Positions 25,901-36,990 of a stretch of DNA of 64,000 nt are shown piece after piece. Each line of letters opens with the position of its first letter. Positions within the stretch are counted from its first letter, which is position 1. Made by a program: the position numbers and the translations under genes. This stretch comes from Rhynchobatus australiae. Its lineage: Eukaryota. Under the pieces are notes generated by a model. That model was not told the origin of the DNA. It ran no database searches and saw only the letters and a list, made by a program, of their open reading frames with translations. The stretch lies in the NCBI GenBank assembly GCA_034780895.1, contig JAUZTB010000063.1, positions 28,392,326 to 28,456,325 of the forward strand. The letters run 5' to 3'.

Positions 25901-26639
25901 AATGGAAATTCACATTACTGATTTTATTATATAAAAAAATCAGACTGAACAGAACTTTTTAATTCATATGAATTGTTATTTCAAATACACTACATCACAA
26001 ACTGGCAGAGCAATATTACAAAGTCTGATGTTTTCATGTGATAAAGAACAGTATTGAAAACTTGTGGAAAAGTCTACCTTGAGCACTCTATGCTATCTGG
26101 TTCATTTCAATTTATCTTTTTTATACCACAATAGGAAGAATATTTGGGAGAGGTATATACTGGAAAATTAATATGTTTCATGTAAACAGTAAAATTTAAT
26201 ATTAAACCCACCCTCCTCCTGAAATATTGGAAAACTGGAATAAAACTGGGAAATTCTGGGATTACATAGCATATTGGTCAGCCTCTTCCAGGTTTTTACT
26301 GCTGCTGATTAGGTTAGGTATGTATTTAAACATTTTCCATTTTTACTTGAGATTTTGTACGGATTTTGTTTCATATTTTCCACCCCAGATTTTATCCTGG
26401 TAGAAATACTTTGTTCTTTTTAACATTCTCACCTCTGAATAAAATCCTGAGGCATGTCCAAGAGTGTAATTGGGAGCAGATGTTTTAAGTAGCTGACTAT
26501 TTCACAGATGCTGTACTTGAAATTCATGAAATAGCCTGCTCTACATTCACATTCATAATATTGCCCATGATAAAAAGTTTGCACTGCAGCAGATCCGTTG
26601 CTTCTTACAGGAAGAGCATACAATATGAGTGTTTAGTGA

Positions 26640-27785
26640 ACTTTTTGTGGATTCATTTTTGGGATCTAGGTATGTCTGGCAAGGCCAGAATTTATTGCCC
26701 ATCTCTATTTGGCTTTGAGAAGGTGGTAGTGACCCACCTTCTTGAATTGCTGTAATCCTTCCACAGAGTTGTGGGACAGAAAGTTCCAGATTTTAAACTC
26801 ATTAATGATGAAGAACCAGTGATGTATTTCTAAGTCAGGATGGTGTGCAACTTGGAGAGGAACCTCCATGTGGTGATGTTTCCCTTCACTGCTGCCTTTG
26901 TCCGTCTTGGTGGTAGAGCTTGTGGGTTTGGGAGATGCTCGGAGTCATCTGGACAAGTAACTGCAATACATGTTGTAGGTGGTTCATGCTGCAGGACCTG
27001 TGTGCCAGCGGTGGAGAGAATGAATGAAAGGCGCTTGATGGGGTGCCAATCAAATAGACTGATGTCCTGAATTGTGTGAAACTCTTGAGAGCTGCTTGCC
27101 TGGTACTTGTCCATCCATGCTTTTGGAGAATCCGACAGGTCAGAGACTGGATCAATTTGAGTTTCTGGTTAATGGCGAACCCCTAGATTGTTAATGGTGG
27201 GGGAATTCAGCGATAATGACATTGAATGTCAAGAGTAGGTGTGGCCAATGGTCATAATGTGGCACTTTTGTTGTACGAATGTTACTTACCACATACCAGC
27301 CCATGCCTGATTGATCTCCAATAATCACAGCGATCTTCCTTTTATGTGCTGTATGACTCCAAGCATTGGAATGTTCTTCCCTTGATGCCCATTGACATCA
27401 GTTTCACCAAAGGTGCCTTGATGTCACACTTTGACAAATGCTTCCTTCATGTCATGGGCAGACTCTCTCAGCTCACCTCCAGAATTCAGCTCTTTGGTCC
27501 ATGATTGGACCGTGGTTGTGATGAGGTCTGGAGCAAAGTGCTGCTGGCAAAAACCAAAATGGGTATTGGTAAATACGTTATATGTGATTGAGTATCACCG
27601 GATGCCTCTGTCAATGACACCTTCCAACACTTGGCTGATGATTGAGAGTAGCTTGATTTGATGTTGTTCAGCTGGAATGGATTTGCTTTTTGTGATGTGC
27701 CAGGACAATTCTCCACAATATGCGGTTGATGCCAATATTGCATCAGCCAAGCTTGGCTAGTTGTGCAGCTAGTTCTGCGCTGCAA
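26640..27785 (-). mobile_element. Crack/Daphne-like LINE: 3' tail plus RT fragment with internal deletions
   Basis: The antisense tail reads ttcattttt..ggatc..ctggcaaggccagaatttattgcccatc..tgagaaggtgg. The minus-strand RT reads SIISQVLEGVID..THFGFCQQHFAPDLITTTVQSWTKELNSGG..DMKEAFVKV. Confidence 0.75.
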
Positions 27786-27824
27786 GTATTTTTAAAATAA
27801 AGACTTTTTAAAACTTTATTTACA

Positions 27825-28047
27825 CCACCTTAACAGCCCCTTCTGGCGCAACGAGTCCACCCCTCCCCCCATTTAAACCCGTGTTAACCTACCCGTACGT
27901 CTTTAGAATGTGGGAGGAAACCGGAGCACCTGGAGGAAACCCACACAGACACGGGGAGAACATACAAACTCCTTACAGACAGCAGTGGGAATTGAACCCC
28001 AATCGCTGGCACTGTAATAGCATCACACTAATTGCTACACTACCACG
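27825..28047 (-). mobile_element. tRNA-derived V-SINE (HE1-like)
   Basis: The minus strand has an A-box-like GTAGTGTAGCAATTAG and a B-box GGTTCAATTCC, followed by the V-domain core (antisense gtgggaggaaaccggagcacc.ggaggaaacccac.cagacacggggagaac.tacaaactcc). Confidence 0.88.
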
Positions 28048-29337
28048 TTGGATGTTTCCTATATACAGTACTCTCACCTATTTCTTAATATCATGTGGAT
28101 TGAATCAAATTTCATTCAGTGATTTACACCACAAAAGGTATAATAATTATATCACATGACGTTTTATATTTCAATCAGAGTAACGTACCTCTTTGCTGTG
28201 CAATCAAGTTATTGGATCCATCCTTGGTCTGTGTAAGTTGAGCTGATATTACATCAGCGAATAGCATCCATTCGTGACTCCTTGCTGTCCATATAACTAC
28301 TTATGTGCTGTGAAGTAGGATTTTTTTTTCCTGTGTAACTTCACATCTATTGCTATTGATGTGCGACACAGTGAGTCATTTTCTGCCTAAATGGAGCATA
28401 GCTATATAATAAGTGGATTCTAATCTGAAATTCTTTTGCAGTAAAGTACTGTAAACGTGCAAAGGGTAATGGTGTGAAACAACCAAGTGGTTTTGGGAAA
28501 GAGGCCAGGGGTAGTTTCTGATCACACGGCCCCCATTGATGGCGTGCACAAGATTTAGCCTCACTCTTCCAAGTGGAGAGTAAATATGAATTTGAATTCA
28601 GATTGAGGTGTAGCTGGAAAGGAATTCTTAAATTGGGTGGATCCTATTAAACAATTTGGTGTCAATTTAGCACTGCACAGAGATTAATTGGAAGAAGGTG
28701 AATGGATTGAGGGACATGCAAACCCTTTGTAGGAGATGCGAAGCTATGGACTATCTGAAGTCTATGAATAGATGCAAATAGGGTGATGAGGATTGGATTG
28801 TTCAAGGTGGTCATCGTCAGGATGGAGACATGGATCAGGGTTTCAGTGGTAGTTATGCTCAGGCATAATTGGGAATATTTCATCCAGTCAGACTGGGATG
28901 TATTCCAACTGACAGATGTACAATTCCAAACGTTAAAGGGCAGTGCCCAAGCACTGAGTATTCTGAAAGGTCTCCTTAATGACTATTTAGCTCTTTTTTT
29001 TTTGTTGGCAGGCAATACCAACTGATGCTTACTCAGTCCCAAAAATAAAGTAACTGAAATTTGGTTTACCAGATATTCTCAGCATAAAGTAATGGATACA
29101 AAGCAAAAGAATAAAATAATTTAAATTATCTTACAATACCATTTCAAATCATTTTCCTACAGTTCTGAATCAAACTCAGCACATGAAGGCCAAGCTATTA
29201 TAACTTCTTGTAGGTTGTTTACAAACACGGGAAGTTTCCACTCGTCGAGCTCATTAATAATTTAACGACTGACTTTCTTCAAAATTAATCATTGTTTATA
29301 GCTTTAAATTTATTTCATTTCATCTTCTGCCTTCCAG

Positions 29338-29373
29338 GAAGCGGCTTCTGCATTCCAAACTGTCACCCACAAG
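29338..29373 (+). CDS. Candidate 36-nt internal (micro)exon of an unidentified host gene
   Basis: The 3' splice site is tttatttcatttcatcttctgccttccag|G and the 5' splice site is AAG|gtaaga. Length is a multiple of 3 and all three frames are open. No homolog recognised. Confidence 0.35.
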
Positions 29374-29639
29374 GTAAGAAGACTTCAAATGTGGACATTA
29401 ACAAAATGCTAATCTGGCACTAAAACTGCTGACCCATCTTAATCATTTCAACCTCATTCTCTCTGAAGAGAATAGTATATTCTTTACCGCTCTTGCTTGC
29501 ATTGAGATTTTTAAAATGCAACTTGGCTCTAGCAGTCTTTTTAACTGCATCACATTGATTTAGTTCTATCCTGTTCTAACATGCACAGCCATTCTTTGAA
29601 CACATTGTAAACTCTCAAATTCATGATTGCCTTATCCAG

Positions 29640-30805
29640 AACTCCTTGTGTTAATCCCTGCAAACAATTTTCTGCCCAACCATGTTACCAAAGCAACAGT
29701 GGTTAAGCTATGAAAGATACATTAAAGATTGAGATGAAGCTAATTCATCTGTTCTTGTCCCTCTTGACTTAGCTGCAGCCTAGGATACAGTTGACGCTAC
29801 CTTCCTGCACAAATACCTCTCCACCACTTGGGGGGGGGGGGGTCTTATTGGCTGGTGGNNNNNNNNNNNNNNNNNNNNNNNNNNNNNNNNNNNNNNNNNN
29901 NNNNNNNNNNNNNNNNNNNNNNNNNNNNNNNNNNNNNNNNNNNNNNNNNNNNNNNNNNNNNNNNNNNNNNNNNNNNNNNNNNNNNNNNNNNNNNNNNNNN
30001 NNNNNNNNNNNNNNNNNNNNNNNNNNNNNNNNNNNNNNNNNNNNNNNNNNNNNNNNNNNNNNNNNNNNNNNNNNNNNNNNNNNNNNNNNNNNNNNNNNNN
30101 NNNNNNNNNNNNNNNNNNNNNNNNNNNNNNNNNNNNNNNNNNNNNNNNNNNNNNNNNNNNNNNNNNNNNNNNNNNNNNNNNNNNNNNNNNNNNNNNNNNN
30201 NNNNNNNNNNNNNNNNNNNNNNNNNNNNNNNNNNNNNNNNNNNNNNNNNNNNNNNNNNNNNNNNNNNNNNNNNNNNNNNNNNNNNNNNNNNNNNNNNNNN
30301 NNNNNNNNNNNNNNNNNNNNNNNNNNNNNNNNNNNNNNNNNNNNNNNNNNNNNNNNNNNNNNNNNNNNNNNNNNNNNNNNNNNNNNNNNNNNNNNNNNNN
30401 NNNNNNNNNNNNNNNNNNNNNNNNNNNNNNNNNNNNNNNNNNNNNNNNNNNNNNNNNNNNNNNNNNNNNNNNNNNNNNNNNNNNNNNNNNNNNNNNNNNN
30501 NNNNNNNNNNNNNNNNNNNTGTTTTGAGATGCCTGTGCTTTTTAAGGCCGGATCTCTTGTTAATCACTTCAGCATTGCCAGATGTCATCTGCCAAAATTT
30601 CAAGCTCTTGATTTCCCTGTCACCTCTACTTCTACTGCTCTACTAACGTGTATCTTAGAAGCTATCTCCTTCATCAACCTTTTGTCATCTGCTGAGATAT
30701 TCCTTCATGTGGCTCAGTGTCAGGTTTTGTTTGATAATGGCCTTGTAAATTCTTTTAGATGTTTTGCTGCATCAAAAGGTTCAGCAGTATAGATGTAAAA
30801 TGGTT
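29640..30805 (+). mobile_element. L2-like LINE: RT fragment, gap, and 3' tail
   Basis: SVLVPLDLAAA*DTVD at ~29748-29795 resembles the L2 motif LLDLSAAFDTVDH. After the gap is an L2-type tail (ccttcatgtggctcagtgtc..ttgtttgataa..tgttttgct.catcaaaagg). Confidence 0.6.
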
Positions 30806-31129
30806 CTCCATATTGATGTGGAATCTCTTTATTGTGATTTGTATGGCATAACAATGACATAAAATTAAAGATGGCTATCTCAGTGGATTCTGCAGTTGAG
30901 ATGATGCTGCTTACACTGGCAATTCATAGAAGTGCTTACATAAGAAATCTGAATTATTTAGCACAGAATTGTTTTGAGAAAAAATAAAATTGGGAAAGTG
31001 CATGTTGTTGAGAGTGCAAAATAATATCTGATGTGATGCACACTTTTACTATAAATTGCACTGAATGCTGAATTAATAAATATGTTTATGAGCAAAAGCA
31101 CATGTCTGAGAGAGTATGTAGAGCAGGCA

Positions 31130-32520
31130 GATTCTGTCACCAACCAGCATGCAATACTGACTTGATGCCAGCCCTTCCATCTTTTTGCACAGTGTTCCAG
31201 ATCACCTCACACTGTTCTGTGACGGTTCACTGTCCCATTTGTACTTGAGCCACCGCAGCAAACCAAAGGGTCAATTCGAACAACAGGCTTCTCTGTTGGT
31301 GATGGCCCAGGAGCCTGGTGCACAGCAGGCATACTAAGGGAGTTCTGCTACGACGCAAAAATGTGGAGACCAGTGACATGCAAGAACATCGCTCCTGCTG
31401 CCTGGAGTGCTCTCCAGGAGCCTTGCCATCCCCAGCAGAGCAGTACTACAGTTCCTCATGGTCTTCTGTATGCTGTCCCATCATAATGAGGAGACTGTGC
31501 CTGCCAGCATGACATAGGGCAACCTCTCCTGCCAGGGCCGTTGTTGGGGAAATAAATAACTTGAGTACTATATGTATGCCAGCATCTAATCCGTGACTGG
31601 ATGATGGTGGGTCTTTAGAATCACCGTCTTCTTGCTGTCCTCTGTTGCCTGGCCAGTTTAATTCTATGGGTATGTGAAAGGAGAGGCTCAAGTACAAAAT
31701 TATAGTGAAGCGAGATGGGAAAGGATGAGGAGAATGTTTTCATTAGCTGCTGCTTTTCAGAAGATGGTGAGATAAGCAGATGGCAGGTTGTGGAAAAGAT
31801 GATTAAATGTGAGCATACAATCATTTTCAATAGTTTCAGCCCCATTACTGTCTGACTTCAAACATGAGCATCTAAGATCAGCAGTCATTTGCCCATGGGG
31901 TGTAGGACATGCAGGCACATCCATCCCTCTTTCAGAGAGACCCTTCCATCCCCTATTGTGCACCTCACTCTCCAGTGAGAGAAAAGGAAGTGACTCATTG
32001 ACTGTTGGTCAGTCTGTTTGTGTTACAGAGCTGATTGAATAACTGGTTGTGAGTGTGATGTGAGGCTTGCGATGGTAGCAACTGTATGAGGATACAGAAA
32101 AGTATATACATTTTGTATGAGCCCTGATTCATATAGATTATTGGTGCCTGAGTGGTAGAGGTGTGGGGAACTGAGCTGACTCTGAGGTAAGTTGTGCAGT
32201 TAGCAGGATGTGGCATTCGTTGGTCATTTCTTTAACCTTGATCACTTGTGTAAGATCATTCTTCTTCAGATCCTTGGAACCATATCCCTGACACTGTCCT
32301 CCATGTTTCCTGTTTCCATTGGCTTTGGAGCATATGTCTGGTGATCTGCCATCTCCTTCTGGGTACAGGACATTCTTTCCCCTTTCTATCTCTGCCATCA
32401 ACCTTGGACCCTGCTGCCTCCCATGTCGTATCACTTTTCACCTTCTCCCAAGTCAAATTCATTTACTGCACAGCTGACACTTCCTTCAGCTGCAATGAAC
32501 CCTTTAATAAGTGCTGCGAG
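31130..32520 (-). mobile_element. Remnant of a Harbinger/PIF-type Myb/SANT-like (MSANTD) accessory gene
   Basis: Minus-strand frames give LMAEIERGKNVLYPE, RHMLQSQWKQ and KKNDLTQVIKVK, similar to the Myb/SANT-like KKFNDL helix. After an intron-like gap comes HNR..G, similar to HNRRE..TGGG. Frameshifted. Confidence 0.55.
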
Positions 32521-33784
32521 ATTTAACAGGTGTTGGCAGGTTAAGATATTAGGCCTTCTGATTTACAATCAAAAGCACTACCTGCATGAGAAAAGATTGG
32601 TATAAGCAGGCACTATGATGTTGACTTGCTGTTTGATGGCAGGCAAAAGGTTCAGGCAAATTATGTGATGTGAAGCACATGCCTTGTTTCAGGAATTAAA
32701 CAATTTAGCCTCGTACTGTTTTCTGACCTTTTTATAACTTTTCCAAACACTTGTCTTCATAAGGTAATGAATAGTAGATAATGTTATTTAATTTTTGTCT
32801 TCCAAGTGTAACTATTTGAATTTCTCTTCAGATTTAAAAAGATGCAATTTGAAATGCAATGATAAATATTTTTTTCATTGATCTAGCACATAATATTTAT
32901 CTGGGAATGAGTACGATAATTTCTTTTTACCTTTGTTTATCAATGAATCCTTGAATTAGTTTATTTTATGGCAACCAATTCTATTCACATCTGCACTGGT
33001 GATTGTTTTTATTAATTGGATTGACTTTACAAGTTTATCTGAATGGAATCTCCTGTGGAAGGCAACATTACATTGTACATTTCTAAACTAACATTGAGGA
33101 ACCTTCCCTGAGCAAATGAAGAATTAAATGTCAGAGCGACCTCTGGAAAGTGTACCTTTACAATAGCGTTTGGAATTGTTCGCATCCAATTATTCAAAAT
33201 GGATGAAGTTCTTCATTTTTTTCTTTTCTAAATCAAAATCAGAACTGTTTAAATGAGTGATAAGAAAGGGGAACCTTATTGGAAGCTAAACTCAGTGTGT
33301 GAGTTGTTTGAACATACCTTTAGAAATAATGAATGTTGAAAGATTGTGTATTGGATAATTTATCCCGAAAACTTCCATCTTGAGCATATGTCCTGTTGCA
33401 ATTAAAACAAATTATAGTGAAATTATAAATTACAGATTCCTCAGGGACTGGCATCAGCTGTTTGTTTTTTGCAGGTGTTTTTAATTTCAAAATGAAAATC
33501 ATCATTATGAACAATCTTGAGAAACCAGAATCAGAACCTAATCAGCTGCAACCATGTTGAAGGTTCTTCTAAATAACAGGNNNNNNNNNNNNNNNNNNNN
33601 NNNNNNNNNNNNNNNNNNNNNNNNNNNNNNNNNNNNNNNNNNNNNNNNNNNNNNNNNNNNNNNNNNNNNNNNNNNNNNNNNNNNNNNNNNNNNNNNNNNN
33701 NNNNNNNNNNNNNNNNNNNNNNNNNNNNNNNNNNNNNNNNNNNNATACAGTGGATTAGAATAATTTTTTTCTCATTTATTCCTT

Positions 33785-34830
33785 TTTTTTCAAGAATCTG
33801 GGCATTGCTGGCATTTATTGTCTGTCCCTAATTGCCTTTGAGAAACTGGTAGTGAGCCAGAAAAAAACAAAGGGCTGCAGATGCTGGAATCTCGATGAAG
33901 AAACAAGAAGACGCTGGAGGGACTCAGCAGTTCAGGCAGCATCTGCGGAGAAAAACAGACGGTCAACATTTCCACAGATGCTGTCTGACCTGTGAAGTTC
34001 CTCCAGCATCTTCTTGGTAGTGAGCTGGGGTTTGAACCATTGTAGTCCTTGTGAAAGTATCCCCATGGTACTGTTAGTTCCCGAATTTGGACCCTGTGAT
34101 GATGAAGGACTACTAATATATTTCCTAGTCAAAATGGCATTTGACTTGGAGGGGAACCTGCAGGTAGTAGTGTTCCCACGCAGCCTCCTCTTTCTTGGTG
34201 ATAGAGGTTGTAAGTGTGGGAGGTGGTGTAAGACCAGCTTAGGCGAGTAACCGGAGTGCATTTTGCAGATGTTACACACTGCAGGCACTGTGTGCAGCTG
34301 GTGGAGGGAACGAATGCTTAGAGTGGTGGATGGGATGCAGTTAAGCAAGCTGCTTTGTCTTGGATGTTGTGGAGCTTCTTGTCAGTTGTTGCAGCTGCAT
34401 TTATCTCGATGGGTGGAGAGTATTCCATGACATTCCTGACTTGTGCCTGGTAGATAGTGGTAAGTTTTTGTGGTGTCAGAAAGTGAGTCAGTCACTGCAG
34501 GATACCCAGCCTCTTTCAGCCACTGCGATTATGTGGCTCATCCAGTTGAGTTTTTGGTCAATGGTGACCCCCAGGATATTGATTGTAAGGGGCGTCAGAG
34601 ATGGTAATGCTTATTGGTTGGTGGTTAGACTCTTTCGTAATAGACTAGGTTATTGCTTGACTCTTTTGTGGTGCAAATTTTGCCATTAATCAGCTGGAGT
34701 GTTGTCCAGGTCTGACTGATTTATTAGCTGAGGAATTGAACATTGAGCAATCATAAGTAAATATCCTGACCTTCTAATGGAAGGAAAGTCATTGATGAAA
34801 CAGCTGATGATGGTTGGCCATCAAACCCAG
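33785..34830 (-). mobile_element. Crack/Daphne-like LINE 3' ~900 bp, interrupted by a Penelope-derived insertion
   Basis: The antisense tail reads ctggcatttattgtctgtccctaattgcctttgagaa. A minus-strand ORF gives IPSTTLSIRSLHQLHTVPAVCNICKMH..GNTTTCRFPSK. Ends near ggaaggaaagtcattgatgaaacagctga (antisense FS.FINDFP). Confidence 0.75.
33858..34014. mobile_element. 157-bp Penelope-derived fold-back insertion with an 11-bp target-site duplication
   Basis: Flanked by TGGTAGTGAGC at 33847-33857 and 34015-34025. The internal inverted arms are aagaagacgctggaggg..caggcagcatctgcgga and tccacagatgctgtctg..cctccagcatcttctt. Confidence 0.8.
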
Positions 34831-34854
34831 CGATAGCAAACACTCAGCCAGTCA

Positions 34855-35120
34855 GATAGCTCTGTTTCCCTTTCCACAGATGCTAACATTTCAGGTTGAA
34901 GGCCATTCATCAGAAATGGGCCAAGGCAAATCCCGTCAGAGAATGGAATGGAACTTCATTAAGGGCATTCCTGGCAGGTAACAGTGAATTCAACAGTCAG
35001 TGAAAATGACAAAAACTGCAGATGCTGGAAATCTGAAATAAATACAGTAAATGCATCTGCTAAGTATTTCCAGTATTGTCTGTCTTTGTTTCAGATTTCC
35101 AGCATCTGCAATAGTTTGAT
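34855..35120. mobile_element. Penelope pseudo-LTR fragments, including a minus-strand hammerhead-like core and a short fold-back
   Basis: The minus strand has CTGATGA (34907-34913) followed by GAAA (34889-34892). The arm tgcagatgctggaaatctgaaa (~35017) is inverted to tttcagatttccagcatctgca (~35089). Confidence 0.65.
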
Positions 35121-35743
35121 TTTCAAACCCTGAAATAGAGCAGTTTTGTTGCTTTTATGGATTTAGGATAGAGGGCCTCATTCCACAAAATGTATTTCAG
35201 TCACAAAGCCAGCCTGCACCGTAGTGTTAACCAGTGAGTCCCCTATTTTAAGTTGTGATAGAGTTTTGTGCTTTTAATTCTGTTCTTAGTTCATAGTTTG
35301 CAAGGGTCGGGCACTTTCATGCAAGTTGTCCAGTTCTCTCAAAAAGTGCCTAATTTTTGGGAGAGACAATTCATAAATCTTTCAAGACCGCAGAGCGCTA
35401 AAAAGAGTTTTTACAAAAAATTGTAAACTTGTAAAACAAAATGTTGCAAATGACTGAAGACTGCGGATCCATTTCTTCCAGTTTATTTGTTTATGAAAAG
35501 TTCATTTGAAATTTCTCTCACGACTAATTGTAGTGGCACTGGTTGCCAGAGTTTAGATTTCATCCATTGGGGAAAAATTACCTACTCGTTGGGAGTATTA
35601 TATGACAAAGAATGTACTCACAAAAATTATAGGAACATAGCATTTCAAAGTGTTACCTGGTGCTATTCTGTCACTGAGGCTTGTAGAATGCATCAAAGGT
35701 CTTAATACTGCAATGTATGTTGAACAGATTTTTTTCGGTCTAT

Positions 35744-35997
35744 TGTTAGTTTGTTATGGTATTATAAATCCGTAACGTGGCCGTCCACCCCCAACTACCT
35801 GTTTTCCTCCACAAGTTACCGACAATGTGAACTCCACCGGATAACTCTCAACAATCCATACATGGATTGCANNNNNNNNNNNNNNNNNNNNNNNNNNNNN
35901 NNNNNNNNNNNNNNNNNNNNNNNNNNNNNNNNNNNNNNNNNNNNNNNNNNNNNNNNNNNNNNNNNNNNNNNCACTAATTGTAACCTAGTCTGTAACA
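35744..35997. mobile_element. Solo-LTR-like element related to 7808-8411
   Basis: Termini are TGTTA...TAACA with flanks CTAT/GTAT. The internal gtggccgtccac..tacctgttt..ac.gacaa.gtg.actccacc..aatccatac block is shared with 8328-8410. Confidence 0.6.
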
Positions 35998-36874
35998 GTA
36001 TCTCTTTATATGGAAGGCCACCACATTTTCATTTTTTTTTATGGACTGGAATAAAAACAATATCAAATATAAAGAGCTTATCATAATGTTTGCAAACACA
36101 GGTTTCAAGGCAATTGCTTGACTTGATTAATTAGCATATGCAAATGCACTGACTGCATAATCTACAGAAATATATTCTATATTTTAATGCCAATTGGAAA
36201 ATACAGTTAATAAAATCATAGTTTAGGGGAAATATTGTGAGCTGCAGACTTTTCTGAATTTCACTTTAACTAGGCTTTCTTCGGAAGCTGTATGGATGCC
36301 CTGAAAGAACAATTGTGACACATTATGAACTCCTTTATGCAGCTCATTTTCTCAAGTCAGTGGAAAATGCGCATTGATATTTTTCCAGCTTCTGACAGTG
36401 GTGTCTACCATTGTGACATATGGGAGATGACAGATTGGAAGATGCCAAATATATTGAAGAAACTGTTCTGTCTCATGGTAATAAATTTATTGTGTGAACC
36501 ACATATACAACTTGATATGTTGCAGGGCTGAATTTACAATGATAGGTTTGTTTGATGAGTTCAGAAAAGGCCTTGAGTCAAACTGTGTGAGAACAGTGCT
36601 CTGCCTCCACTTCTGAAGGTCACAACAACACTGCTTTGGCTCAAGATGTTGTAGAGGTATGACTAATGTGTCTTCCAGTTTACAGAAGTCATTTAAAAAA
36701 AATCTTAATAGATGCACTAAGGAGAGTGCTCTCAAGCAATATAATGTTACTCTGGATGTAATAATCCCACACCTTGTTAAATAGTTATAGTGGTGGACTG
36801 CTGTAATTGTCAAATGTCGAAATTAGGAGTTTAAGAAATGTGCAGCTGTAGCTGGAAAAATTAGAACTTGCAGT

Positions 36875-36990
36875 GTTAATGACCTGAAAATTAATCTCTT
36901 TCCCTCTCAACAAATGCTGCCTGATGTGAATATTTGTCGCATTTTTTTTTACTTTTATTTGTAGTTTCCAGCATCCAATGTATTTTGATT
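36875..36990 (+). mobile_element. Penelope pseudo-LTR fragment
   Basis: gacctgaaaattaatctctttccctctcaacaaatgctgcctga..tttccagcatc belongs to the same family as the other pseudo-LTR copies. Confidence 0.55.

Noticed and set aside
27990-28047. Possible tRNA gene (A and B boxes)
   Set aside because: It is the tRNA-derived head of a V-SINE, with no complete cloverleaf.
29791-30792. Long ORFs in the track (e.g. 333 aa here, 378 aa at 59456-60592, 291 aa at 44685-45560)
   Set aside because: They are long only because they read through N-runs, so they are not evidence of genes.
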